Virus record (IMG/VR): IMGVR_UViG_3300032257_000025
Span: 1 to 45,871 of that record
Strand: one strand, 5' to 3'
Length of the DNA stretch: 45,871 nt
From: a virus
Taxonomy: Duplodnaviria > Caudoviricetes
Shown piece by piece: positions 27,821-36,224 of the stretch (position 1 is the stretch's first letter; each line of letters starts with the position of its first letter). A program made the position numbers and the translations under genes. Under the pieces are notes generated by a model. It worked only from the letters and a program-made list of their open reading frames with translations, had not been told where the DNA came from and made no database searches.

Positions 27821-28755
27821 TATGCGAGGCCCGCACCGAAGAACTTGCGCGTGGCAGCGAGGCTCAACGCATTGTGGTCGGCGCCTGTGAATCCGTGGAC
27901 CGCGCTGGGCACCTCGATGAGAGTCACGTCACGGCCTGCGCGATGCAGCTCGTGTGCGAATCGACGGGTCCCGACAGGTAGTGCGGTGTCATCAAGTTCT
28001 GCGGCCACGAGCAGGTACTTGGTATCTTTCGGCAGCTCGTCGGCCCAGCGTGCTGGGGACCTGTCGTGCAAGGCTTTCTGCTCGTGGTCCGTCAGTTTAG
28101 CGAACGCAGTAGTGGACGCGCTGGTCCAGCCGGGAATAAGCGCCGTGAGCTTGTCCTGCTCGGTAGTGCCGATGTCGTCCCAGGTTCCGAAGATGTCCAC
28201 CAGGGGGGAACGCATGGCGATGGCCTTAGGCTGGATGCGACCGTTTCGCATAGCCATGCAACCCCGGAGCGCACCAGAACTGTATGTCCAGACACCCATC
28301 TTCGCAGTGTGTACCATGTGTGTTCCGCCTGCGAGCCCGAACTCCTGGAGCATCCCGTAGGTCAGTGCGATATCGTCCAGGTCGTCGCCACCCATCTCGT
28401 CAGTGCCAGTAATGGCAAGTGAGCCGGTCCAGCCAGAGGCGGCGTTAATTCCCCGGATACCAGGCGCACTGATGACGTAGCCGTTCGCCGCGTCGGCCTG
28501 GCCGCCAGCGGTGGTGTCGTCGTTCCAGAGGACTGCATCCTCCAGGTCCTCGAAGATGGTGTCAGTGAGCGCGTTGTCGTCGCCGGTGAAGCCGCCTCGG
28601 ATGTATAGGATGCCCCGGTACAGTTCGGTGGTGTCCGTAGGGTACGTGATTACGCCGTTGTGCGTTACACCTGTCGGGAACGTAGCAGTCCATAGCCTGG
28701 ACGCGGCTCCGGTAGGTACTGTGCCACCGTAGGCTGATAGTGAATGGAGTGCCAT
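27820..28755 (-). CDS. Alpha/beta hydrolase, S9 prolyl-oligopeptidase-like serine peptidase
   Basis: ILYIRGG, GYVISAPGIRG, GTDEMGGDDLDD, nucleophile GVWTYSSGA, RSPARWADELPKDT, Asp in AELDD and His in VHGF. Confidence 0.8.
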   Translation of the reverse strand: MALHSLSAYGGTVPTGAASRLWTATFPTGVTHNGVITYPTDTTELYRGILYIRGGFTGDDNALTDTIFEDLEDAVLWNDDTTAGGQADAANGYVISAPGIRGINAASGWTGSLAITGTDEMGGDDLDDIALTYGMLQEFGLAGGTHMVHTAKMGVWTYSSGALRGCMAMRNGRIQPKAIAMRSPLVDIFGTWDDIGTTEQDKLTALIPGWTSASTTAFAKLTDHEQKALHDRSPARWADELPKDTKYLLVAAELDDTALPVGTRRFAHELHRAGRDVTLIEVPSAVHGFTGADHNALSLAATRKFFGAGLA

Positions 28756-28758
28756 GAT

Positions 28759-30720
28759 TTAGCCGTTTACTGTTGCGGGAGTGGGTACGGGGAGTTGTCC
28801 GGCCGCTAGTTCTGCGGCAGCGTTGTTGTCTACTTGTCCGGTGGCTCCGACGCCAGGGACAGGGGCCTGCGGATCGCCCTGTTGGACGTTCTGCTGGAGC
28901 TTCTTCGCGACGCTCTGGTGGCGCAGGATTGCGTCCTGGAGCAGCACGATGTTCGCCTTGGGCTGGACCGAGATGTCCGTGTAGGTCTGGATGTATGCCG
29001 CGTGGTTGTCGGATTCCATGACCACGATTTCCTCGCCCGTGTGGAGCGCGCGAATGTATCGCGTAAGTGGATCTCTCGTTTCGGGAAGCGTATCTACGTA
29101 CTGGTCGATGTCCTTCCAGCCCATCTTCTTGAGCAGGCGACGCCTCGATTCGTCCAGCATTCGCAGGGCGCTCGGGCTCTGGAACGTGGCAGCGTCGTTC
29201 ACCAGGATGGTGTGCGCCGTCATCAGGGCTTCCAGGCTATCGGCCCGGCTCATGGCTTCGAGCGCGCTGGCGTTCAGGCGAATGGCCATAGGCGCGTTCG
29301 GCACCCGGATATCGACCGACTGCGTATCCGACAGAACTACCGTGGTAGTTTCACCAAGGAGCTTGCGCTGGCGAACCATGTACATTTCACCCATGGCCAC
29401 CAGGACCCGGGCCATGACACGGAGCCTGTCCCGGCGCCGGTCGCCAGCAGCCTGGAATAGGCCTGCTGCTTCTGTTGCCGACTTCTCTGGGTTTACGGCA
29501 GTGCCCCGATCAAGCGGACCCACCCCTGTAACGTCGTCGTACAGAGAAAGTAGTAGGTTAAGAGTGGCAATGTACTCAGAAAGGGCTGAGTTCCGCTCGG
29601 TCGGGCGCATCGTCGCGTTCACGCCTCGGCTGTTCTCGCCGGTAATCTTGGCGGTGTCTACCTTGACGTATACCTCGTCGCCCGGGTTCGCCTTCAGGAT
29701 CTTCTGGATTTCCGGGTCCGAGATGGCCTCGGCATCGTACAGGTTGACCCGGTTCGTGGTCTGGACCTCGTGGATAATCTGATCCAGGACCTTCACGATG
29801 GACCTGTAAATCGGAATCCAGCTTGCGACCTCGGGCGGGGCAAAGTCTTCGCCCGGAGCCGGGTCGAGTGCCCTGTCGATGTAGAGCACTGGGGCGTCGG
29901 TGTCGGCAGTATGTACTAGCTCGCCTAGGTCCGGGCTCTTGCGGCGCCGGGGGTACAGCTCTTTCGCGCCCGACACGAACCATGACGTAGGCACTGCGGG
30001 CGAAGCGGTGTAGGTCACGTCGTCGCCGAACTCGAAGCCAGGGTGGAAAACTTCCGTGACGATGACGGTCTCCCAGGGCTTGCGGTTCAGGTGCTCGGTC
30101 GCATACTTCTCGACGAACTCCGGAGCGTCACCTACCTGGATGCTGTAACTATGCCACGAGAATCGCCGATGGAACGGCTCGTAGCCGCAGAAGTCCGCCT
30201 CGATTGCCTCCCAGCGCTGTACCGAACCCGCGATGGGCCCCTTGTCCTCGGCAGGCCAGATACGAACACCGAAGTAGGGCTGGGTCGGGAGCAGCAGGGC
30301 CAAGCGCTCGACGACATGCTCCATTCCGCTAGAGCTGGCGAGCGCGTCCAGGATTAGCTGCTGGTCCTCGACTAGGCCAACAGCTTCGCCGACCAGGGCC
30401 TCGGGGCGCCAGCTCGGGGTGCCTAGGGGCGTGATCTGCACCATGACCTGGCGGAGCCTGCTCAGGAACAGGTTAGCCGAGATACGTTGCTCTCGGGTCT
30501 GGAACGAGGTCTTCGTCGGGTGCGGCTGGTTAATGGATAGGCCGCCCGAGGGCAAGCTATCGTAGTCGGGCCGGTGCCGGGTGATGGTTACACGGCCAGT
30601 GTACAGATCCCCGATTTCGCTCTGGTGAGCTACGACCTGGGCGCGCGCAGCGGTCATCGCGCCACGGACGGCCTGCTTCAGGGCCTCCGCTGCTTCGTCA
30701 GTCAGCGTGTACGTGGCCAT
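28759..30720 (-). CDS. Portal protein
   Basis: 653 aa after TerL; DVTGV...G....KSATEA motif and Gln/Pro-rich tail. Confidence 0.82.
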   Translation of the reverse strand: MATYTLTDEAAEALKQAVRGAMTAARAQVVAHQSEIGDLYTGRVTITRHRPDYDSLPSGGLSINQPHPTKTSFQTREQRISANLFLSRLRQVMVQITPLGTPSWRPEALVGEAVGLVEDQQLILDALASSSGMEHVVERLALLLPTQPYFGVRIWPAEDKGPIAGSVQRWEAIEADFCGYEPFHRRFSWHSYSIQVGDAPEFVEKYATEHLNRKPWETVIVTEVFHPGFEFGDDVTYTASPAVPTSWFVSGAKELYPRRRKSPDLGELVHTADTDAPVLYIDRALDPAPGEDFAPPEVASWIPIYRSIVKVLDQIIHEVQTTNRVNLYDAEAISDPEIQKILKANPGDEVYVKVDTAKITGENSRGVNATMRPTERNSALSEYIATLNLLLSLYDDVTGVGPLDRGTAVNPEKSATEAAGLFQAAGDRRRDRLRVMARVLVAMGEMYMVRQRKLLGETTTVVLSDTQSVDIRVPNAPMAIRLNASALEAMSRADSLEALMTAHTILVNDAATFQSPSALRMLDESRRRLLKKMGWKDIDQYVDTLPETRDPLTRYIRALHTGEEIVVMESDNHAAYIQTYTDISVQPKANIVLLQDAILRHQSVAKKLQQNVQQGDPQAPVPGVGATGQVDNNAAAELAAGQLPVPTPATVNG

Positions 30721-30725
30721 AGGCC

Positions 30726-30953
30726 CTACGCTACGTCAGCGGCGTAACGGGACAGGAATCGTGCGGCGCGGGAGAGCGCCTTGCAGCCTTGTGCCAGGGG
30801 CGGGCTGTACTTGCCTTCGCTCACTAGAGGGGCCAGGCGTTCGAGGATGTCCTGGAGCGCAGCGATGTCCTCTTGGATTTGAGAGGTCTGGGGGGGTTTG
30901 GCCTTAGCTTTGGCCTGCTTCGGGACGGCCGGGGTCGGAAGGGGGGTGTCCAT
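30726..30953 (-). CDS. 75-aa leaderless hypothetical protein
   Basis: ATG30953 is 6 nt after TATAAT; ends 5 nt before the portal start. Confidence 0.65.
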   Translation of the reverse strand: MDTPLPTPAVPKQAKAKAKPPQTSQIQEDIAALQDILERLAPLVSEGKYSPPLAQGCKALSRAARFLSRYAADVA

Positions 30954-30959
30954 GTTGGC

Positions 30960-30988
30960 ATTATAGTGCACTGCCCAGCGCATGTCAA
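30960..30988 (-). promoter_or_regulatory. Perfect sigma70 promoter TTGACA-N17-TATAAT
   Basis: Exact consensus hexamers. Confidence 0.88.
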
Positions 30989-31071
30989 CACGTAACTTGT
31001 ATGTCCAGAGATCGTCAAACTTGGCGACTTGAGCCAGAAAACGTCCACAACTCGCCAGCTTTGGCGATTTG

Positions 31072-32688
31072 CTAGTACTCGTCTCCGAAATCGTACTCTT
31101 CTGGACTTAGGGGCAGGCTGACGCTCGGGTCGGAGACCCAGTCCTTGTGGTTCTGCTCGATATTGTTGAAGGGCAGGCGCCCGCGTCGCTCCAGGAAGGA
31201 GGCCAACAGGGCCAGGGCTGCGGGCAGATCGTCGTGCTCCGACATCGGGAACTCGACCAGGCGCTTGATGAGGCGATCACGGCCCTCGAAGGCCGGGGGA
31301 AGTTGCAGAATGCCCTGGCGCAGCGCGGTCGGGAAGCCCTTGAGCCGGATTTCGAGCTTGTTGGCCGGGATTCGCTGCGTCCGGACCTGGAGGCCGCCGA
31401 TTTTTCCGCGCTGCTTGAGCCAGGGCTTAATCGAGCCGCTGAATGCCACGTCCTCAATCCAGATAGAGCGCAGTTCTGGGAACTTTTCGGTCTCGACTAG
31501 GTGCTCGATGTGACAGAGCAGCGAATCCACGTTACCACGGATTTCTGCGGCGTAGTGCGGAATGAATACGTTGTGGTCCGGTGGGAGCTGGGTCGCTGGC
31601 AGGCCCAGGGTCGCGGCCGTTACCACGCGCAGGACGATGACGCCGTTCATGTCGGCGCTCAGGCCCTCGGTCTTGGCTACAGGGTCCACCAGCATGATGT
31701 CATAGCCCTGCGGCAGCGCAGCGGTCGAGAGGCCGTAGTCGGTGGCCTGCTCGAACATGTCGTCCTCGAACAGGGCGGTCTCGCCTGCCACAGGTCGGCA
31801 CTCGTACTGCATCGCGAAGAAAGATTTACTGGATTTCGCTTGAATCGCGTAAATCTCTTCTGCTGTGAGGTAGCTCGGGCACAGGGGCCAGCCACCGTTC
31901 GGGCCGGGGCCCTTGCCGTCCTTCTCGCCCGTGACCGGGTTCCAGCCGTCCCAGACCCCGTAGCGGAACTGGCTGAAGTCCTCGGACTCGGACAGGACCG
32001 AGGTGATGTCGGAAAATGCCCAGGGCGTGCCGATGTGCTTGATCGGCGACGTGGCCGAGAACATGATGGGCGTGAGCTGCTCCATGAACGAGATGACCTG
32101 TTCGCGGCGCATCTGTGTCTTCGAGTTCTGCTCGTTGGCCGGGTCGTCCACCGTGGCATGGGTCGGGTGGTTGCCTGCCAGGTTCATGGTAGGTGAGGCC
32201 GTCATGAAGCATGGCTCGCGGCCCTGGCCCTGGCGCCCGCTGATATTGAAGGTCTCGCACGGGGCGCTCCGGACCCCTGCCTCGAAGCGGGGGTAGGCCC
32301 AGGGGAAGATGTCGCGCAGCCGCACGAAGAAACCGGGCGCCAGCTCTAGGTCGCCTGCGAGCCTGTCGCGCATCTCGCCCAGGAGCTTCTTGCCTAGGTC
32401 GAGCGTGCTGGAGGCGACCAAGATTCGCGAGTCGGGCTCGGTGATCTTGGTGTGGATGTTACAGATCATCTCCACCGTGGACTTGGCATGGCCCCGGGTG
32501 CAGACAGTGCTGGTGCGCGGCTGGCTGTTGCGGTGGGCCAGCATGTCCTGGTGGAAGCGCCCGAACTGTTTGCGGCCGTCAGGCGTTCCCTTGTAGCCAA
32601 GGGCCTTGCCGAGTTCCAGGGGGTCCTGGAAAATGCGGGTAAAGGAGTCCCGGAGCAGGTCCGGGGAGACACGCGCGCTGGTACTCAG
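31072..32688 (-). CDS. terL: Terminase large subunit (probable CTG start at 32688; first ATG at 32544)
   Basis: Walker A TRGHAKST, Walker B ATVDD, coupling motif IGTPW, nuclease residues VDP, IEDVAF and HDDLPAA. Confidence 0.9.
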   Translation of the reverse strand: MSTSARVSPDLLRDSFTRIFQDPLELGKALGYKGTPDGRKQFGRFHQDMLAHRNSQPRTSTVCTRGHAKSTVEMICNIHTKITEPDSRILVASSTLDLGKKLLGEMRDRLAGDLELAPGFFVRLRDIFPWAYPRFEAGVRSAPCETFNISGRQGQGREPCFMTASPTMNLAGNHPTHATVDDPANEQNSKTQMRREQVISFMEQLTPIMFSATSPIKHIGTPWAFSDITSVLSESEDFSQFRYGVWDGWNPVTGEKDGKGPGPNGGWPLCPSYLTAEEIYAIQAKSSKSFFAMQYECRPVAGETALFEDDMFEQATDYGLSTAALPQGYDIMLVDPVAKTEGLSADMNGVIVLRVVTAATLGLPATQLPPDHNVFIPHYAAEIRGNVDSLLCHIEHLVETEKFPELRSIWIEDVAFSGSIKPWLKQRGKIGGLQVRTQRIPANKLEIRLKGFPTALRQGILQLPPAFEGRDRLIKRLVEFPMSEHDDLPAALALLASFLERRGRLPFNNIEQNHKDWVSDPSVSLPLSPEEYDFGDEY

Positions 32689-32930
32689 TCGTCTAGGTCC
32701 TCGCAGTCCAGGTCAGTGACCGAGGCGCCTAGGACCTGTTCGATTAGGTCGGGCAACATCCCGAGCAGGCCGAGGGCGGTGACGTACTCGCCGTCAATCT
32801 CATGGATTAAAGAGGTAACGGTCTTTTTATCGCGTTTGTACAGGAGCATGATAACCGTGTCGTGCCTGGACGACAGCTCTGCGACCAGCGCCTCGCTAGT
32901 TACGTACTCTAGTGGGTGCGCGTCGCTCAT
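32685..32930 (-). CDS. Small acidic hypothetical protein
   Basis: LEYVTSEALVAELSSRHD; coupled to genes on both sides. Confidence 0.65.
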   Translation of the reverse strand: MSDAHPLEYVTSEALVAELSSRHDTVIMLLYKRDKKTVTSLIHEIDGEYVTALGLLGMLPDLIEQVLGASVTDLDCEDLDD

Positions 32931-33031
32931 GCCAGCACCTGCACGAACTGGGCGACGAAGGCCACAGTTAGGGTGATGAGCAGCAGGGCGAGGGGACGCT
33001 CGTTCAGGAGGAGGCGGCGGATCTTGGACAC
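32927..33031 (-). CDS. 34-aa near-leaderless single-TM peptide (MSKIRRLLLNERPLALLLITLTVAFVAQFVQVLA)
   Basis: GTG is 9 nt after TATACT; ATGA-coupled to the next ORF. Confidence 0.55.
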   Translation of the reverse strand: MSKIRRLLLNERPLALLLITLTVAFVAQFVQVLA

Positions 33032-33040
33032 GGCTAGGGC

Positions 33041-33069
33041 AGTATAGTGCGCGCGGGGGCCGGTGTCAA
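33041..33069 (-). promoter_or_regulatory. sigma70 promoter TTGACA-N17-TATACT heading the late arm
   Basis: Read directly. Confidence 0.82.
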
Positions 33070-33183
33070 GGAGAGTCCTGATGCGACGCGTAGCGGTTCA
33101 TGGTACTCGTTATCACAACTATCCTAAGATGCGTCGCGCCAGGCCCGGTCAGGAAGCACCGTATAACAGATAAATAGAGGGGC

Positions 33184-33212
33184 TTGTACTGGTGCGCAGC
33201 GGTCGTTACCCT
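33184..33212 (+). promoter_or_regulatory. Putative promoter TTGTAC-N17-TACCCT, leaderless ATG33219
   Basis: TAnnnT -10, 17-nt spacer, ATG 6 nt downstream. Confidence 0.45.
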
Positions 33213-33218
33213 GTCCCC

Positions 33219-33395
33219 ATGCACCACGAGCCCGAGCCCCTACCCGTCCCCGACCGACCCTACCAGACCACGGCCGCTCTGATCCGCCAGGCCCTGGATA
33301 TGTACGAGATCCGGCACCAGTACAGGCACCGCGCCGGGGGCCCCGAGGACCCGTTGCATGAGCTGGCGCGAAGGTTTCCGGAGCCGCGGTCATGA
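33219..33395 (+). CDS. Hypothetical protein
   Basis: Leaderless-type start; ATGA-coupled to the next gene. Confidence 0.55.
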   Translation: MHHEPEPLPVPDRPYQTTAALIRQALDMYEIRHQYRHRAGGPEDPLHELARRFPEPRS

Positions 33396-33769
33396 AAGAC
33401 CGTATAACAGATACCCAGAGGGATGCCGTGGTCGGACGGGTCCTGGTCATCGAGGAGCGTGCCGCAACACAGCACGAGAAGGCCCTGCACCGTGCCATGA
33501 TGGACCTGCTGGGTGCGCCAGCGGCTCCGATCAACGTGGACGAGGCCCGTGCCCGGGTGGACCGGAACAACCGCGACTGGAACGCTGCGAACGAGAAGGT
33601 CCTGGCGATGCGTGAGCGGTCGTTGGCCAACCTGGTCGAGGCCAGCATCGAAGGGGAGCTCGATGTAGCTACCCCGAGCGAGCGCCGGGACGGGAACCTG
33701 GCCCAGTTGGAGCTGATGCGGCGCTTCCCGGAGGAGGCGTGGCCGGAGTGGTTCGGGGACCTGGGCTGA
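33392..33769 (+). CDS. Hypothetical helical protein
   Basis: 125-aa ORF with GC3-rich codons. Confidence 0.65.
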   Translation: MKDRITDTQRDAVVGRVLVIEERAATQHEKALHRAMMDLLGAPAAPINVDEARARVDRNNRDWNAANEKVLAMRERSLANLVEASIEGELDVATPSERRDGNLAQLELMRRFPEEAWPEWFGDLG

Positions 33770-34174
33770 GACTGCCAGGGGCCTTGGGGGCGGGGGTAGG
33801 TATCACCCCCCAGGAGCCCCCACCCCCGCCTCGAGCGTGATAACGCCTACCCGCACGACGGCATCCGTGGTCACAGCTTCCGGCCGGACTGCCATTTTGG
33901 CAGGCTTTCAGATTGGGGCAGGTTTTCGGGGCGGACGGCGTGTGGTGGTGATAAGGACAGATTCAAACGGGTGTTTTAAACGCTTGTTTGAATCAGGGCT
34001 GTTAGGCTCCTGTTAGTGCATTATAGTGCATACTGGCAGGTTAACAGTGTTAACTTTTATTTCCCCTCGAGACTTCCCGTTTTGTGTTTGACTGCTACCT
34101 TCACCTTCCGATATGAAGGAAGGGCAGAGAAGGAACGGCAACCCGCCGGACCGATGCCCCGGAGACTAGATACG
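33770..34174. other. Non-coding, palindrome-rich region; candidate genome terminus or packaging region
   Basis: G/C-run inverted repeat 33789-33830, palindrome CTGCCATTTTGGCAG, a 35-nt imperfect palindrome 33960-33994, and GTTAACAGTGTTAAC 34040-34054. Confidence 0.4.
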
Positions 34175-34363
34175 ATGACTACAGCCCTTTCCGCCTTCCG
34201 TGCCTACGCCCGTGCCTACGCTTTGGGAACCGATGCCGATGTCATGGCAGCGGAGGATATCTGCCGCGCCGTAGCGAAGCGCGTAGGCCGCCCCGGCGCG
34301 ACACAAAGGTTTGCTACGGTTTGGAGCAAGTCAATCAACCACTTCGCAAAGCAAGCTCGCTAG
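34175..34363 (+). CDS. 62-aa early hypothetical protein
   Basis: ATG34175 follows GGAGAC. Confidence 0.6.
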   Translation: MTTALSAFRAYARAYALGTDADVMAAEDICRAVAKRVGRPGATQRFATVWSKSINHFAKQAR

Positions 34364-34466
34364 GCTCCCCTACTCCCCGTCCTGCCCATGCTGCCCTATG
34401 CGGAGCATGGGTTGGGGCAGTGAGGAGCCTTGGCAACCCGCTAGGGCATAGAATGGAGACAAGATA

Positions 34467-34826
34467 ATGACCTGTTACCACTGCGAAGAAGATTACATCC
34501 ACGGAACCTATGACCTGGACTGTCCAGACTGTCTAGTCGCGTTACAGGCCGAGAATCCTCGATGGCTGATGTCCTGGCATGGTGGCAGTAGCTACGCCGA
34601 TCCTGGCAGGACCGTGGAACCGATGGACTCCCTGAGAGAAGCCGTCGCGGTTATGCGAAGCCGGGAACACGGTCAAGACCCCTATTGTCCTGCCGTGGAA
34701 GGATCGAGCGCATGGATGCACCACGGAAGCCTAGTCCAGGATTGGAACCCGGTCCCCGATGATCTGTACCCGGACCGCGTGATCGAGCAGGGACCGCGTG
34801 GTGCCTTCCGCGTGATTCCTGGATAG
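34467..34826 (+). CDS. Early hypothetical protein with N-terminal CxxC pair
   Basis: GGAG upstream; WHGGSSY and YPDRVIEQGPRG motifs. Confidence 0.7.
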   Translation: MTCYHCEEDYIHGTYDLDCPDCLVALQAENPRWLMSWHGGSSYADPGRTVEPMDSLREAVAVMRSREHGQDPYCPAVEGSSAWMHHGSLVQDWNPVPDDLYPDRVIEQGPRGAFRVIPG

Positions 34827-34931
34827 GCACTAGCTACCCGATTCCCCTACCCGTACCCGTGGAGCCTAACAAGCTTGCACGGGTTGCCGGGTGCATCCGC
34901 GCGATAATGCGTTACGGGTGCTGGAGAGACA

Positions 34932-35099
34932 ATGCCACTAGACACTACACTAAGCGCAATCATGCGCGAATACCCGGACATCGAAACCGGGACGCTGTTG
35001 GAGATTGCAGACCTGTTGGACCCGTTGCCACAATGGGTGTTGGACCTGCCGGACGACGAAACCCTGAAGCTGCTGCTGGAGCCTGACCCAGATGCCTAA
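34932..35099 (+). CDS. 55-aa highly acidic protein
   Basis: Read manually (MPLDTTLSAIMREYPD...); 14 D/E versus 2 K/R; GAGACA-ATG start. Confidence 0.6.
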   Translation: MPLDTTLSAIMREYPDIETGTLLEIADLLDPLPQWVLDLPDDETLKLLLEPDPDA

Positions 35100-35181
35100 A
35101 CCCTCCCTGCCCGACCACAAACCGAGCATCCACGATGCCATTCTCGTTGCGCTGCTGCTGTTGGCGGTGGTGCTGATCTGA
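35092..35181 (+). CDS. 29-aa single-TM peptide
   Basis: MPKPSLPDHKPSIHDAILVALLLLAVVLI. Confidence 0.45.
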   Translation: MPKPSLPDHKPSIHDAILVALLLLAVVLI

Positions 35182-35207
35182 CCCGATAACCTTGAATACC
35201 TGAGACA

Positions 35208-35852
35208 ATGAAAAACACCGAGACAATGAAGTACCCTACAACCCGCCGAGCATGGTGGGGATACCTTGCCACCTGTCTAGACGCTGACGACCTGGACAGC
35301 CAAGCCGAGACCACTGAAGAAAAAATCCTAGTCCTGTTTGACGAAATGCACAGCTGTTTCAGCTACGCAGAACAGCGTGGGGAGCTGCGGAATATGACCG
35401 ACTACCTCCAGGGGCTAGGTGGTGGTATTCGTATCCCCTTCTACAATGGTGAAGTTCTGGCCCTGGTCGAGAGGCTAGGCTCCTGGTTGACGCGGCCTAT
35501 CCTGCCTGGACCTATCGCCAAGCAAACCCGCGAGGATCATATCCTTGAAGGGTACTGGAGCTATGTCGCGGCGCAGTTGATTAAAATACGGGACTGGCAT
35601 AGCCGCAACCCTGGACAGAATCCCGAACTCCCCGAGCCCGAACCCGAAACCATGAGCGAGACTTACAAAGTGGTACGTAAGTACCAGAACGACAACTGTG
35701 CCACCGAAACCGTGGCGACAGGGCTGACGCGAGAGGAAGCGCAATATATGTGTAGCGATCCCGAAACATCATCAAGCACTTGTACCACCCCGGAAGCGAA
35801 GAGGCGTACCGCCCAATACGGTCCCTGGTTCTGCGGTTTCGACACCGAGTGA
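35208..35852 (+). CDS. Early protein; apparent fusion with an internal start at 35652
   Basis: A Pro/Glu linker precedes MSETYKVVR...TGLTREEAQ..CSDPETSSSTC...WF.GF, which resembles a stand-alone small phage protein. Confidence 0.65.
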   Translation: MKNTETMKYPTTRRAWWGYLATCLDADDLDSQAETTEEKILVLFDEMHSCFSYAEQRGELRNMTDYLQGLGGGIRIPFYNGEVLALVERLGSWLTRPILPGPIAKQTREDHILEGYWSYVAAQLIKIRDWHSRNPGQNPELPEPEPETMSETYKVVRKYQNDNCATETVATGLTREEAQYMCSDPETSSSTCTTPEAKRRTAQYGPWFCGFDTE

Positions 35853-35861
35853 GTCCTACCA

Positions 35862-36119
35862 ATGGACTACACCAAAGCCTTCCGCACCTACCCCAACGGC
35901 TGCAACTTCCGCCTACGGGTAGAGGCCAACCAAACAACCTGGATTGAGTTCGGGTGCTACTGCCTAATCAACTTGGCCCAGGGCGACGCGGGGCAGCTTG
36001 TGGAAGCTCTGGAGAGCGCACCGGGGGGCCGCATACCCCTACCGCCTGGGGATGCCCGATACACCCTGTTGGAGCGTAAGCCCTGTCAGCGCTGTGGCGG
36101 TCCGGTGTTTGAGACATAG
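35862..36119 (+). CDS. Hypothetical protein
   Basis: Tiling ORF with C-terminal CQRC. Confidence 0.55.
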   Translation: MDYTKAFRTYPNGCNFRLRVEANQTTWIEFGCYCLINLAQGDAGQLVEALESAPGGRIPLPPGDARYTLLERKPCQRCGGPVFET

Positions 36120-36224
36120 ACCACCCGCGCCCCGCCCTCTACCCCGTTCTGGCATTACGACCAGCGCGGGGTATCGGGGTGCCCGGTGAGCGCAATCACG
36201 CGCTAAGACCTGGGTTAAGAGACA

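Larger units (their letters stand above)
33158..33413 (+). repeat. Exact 15-nt direct repeat ACCGTATAACAGATA (33158-33172 and 33399-33413)
   Basis: Read directly. Confidence 0.7.

Noticed and set aside
10826-32596. Many long + strand ORFs opposite the structural genes (e.g. 12024-13046, 27317-28360)
   Set aside because: These are antisense shadow ORFs expected in GC-rich coding DNA, with no motifs or start signals.
32466-32672. 68-aa ORF as a separate gene or frameshifted TerL N-terminus
   Set aside because: The TerL frame itself is open across this interval and reads as terminase-like sequence.
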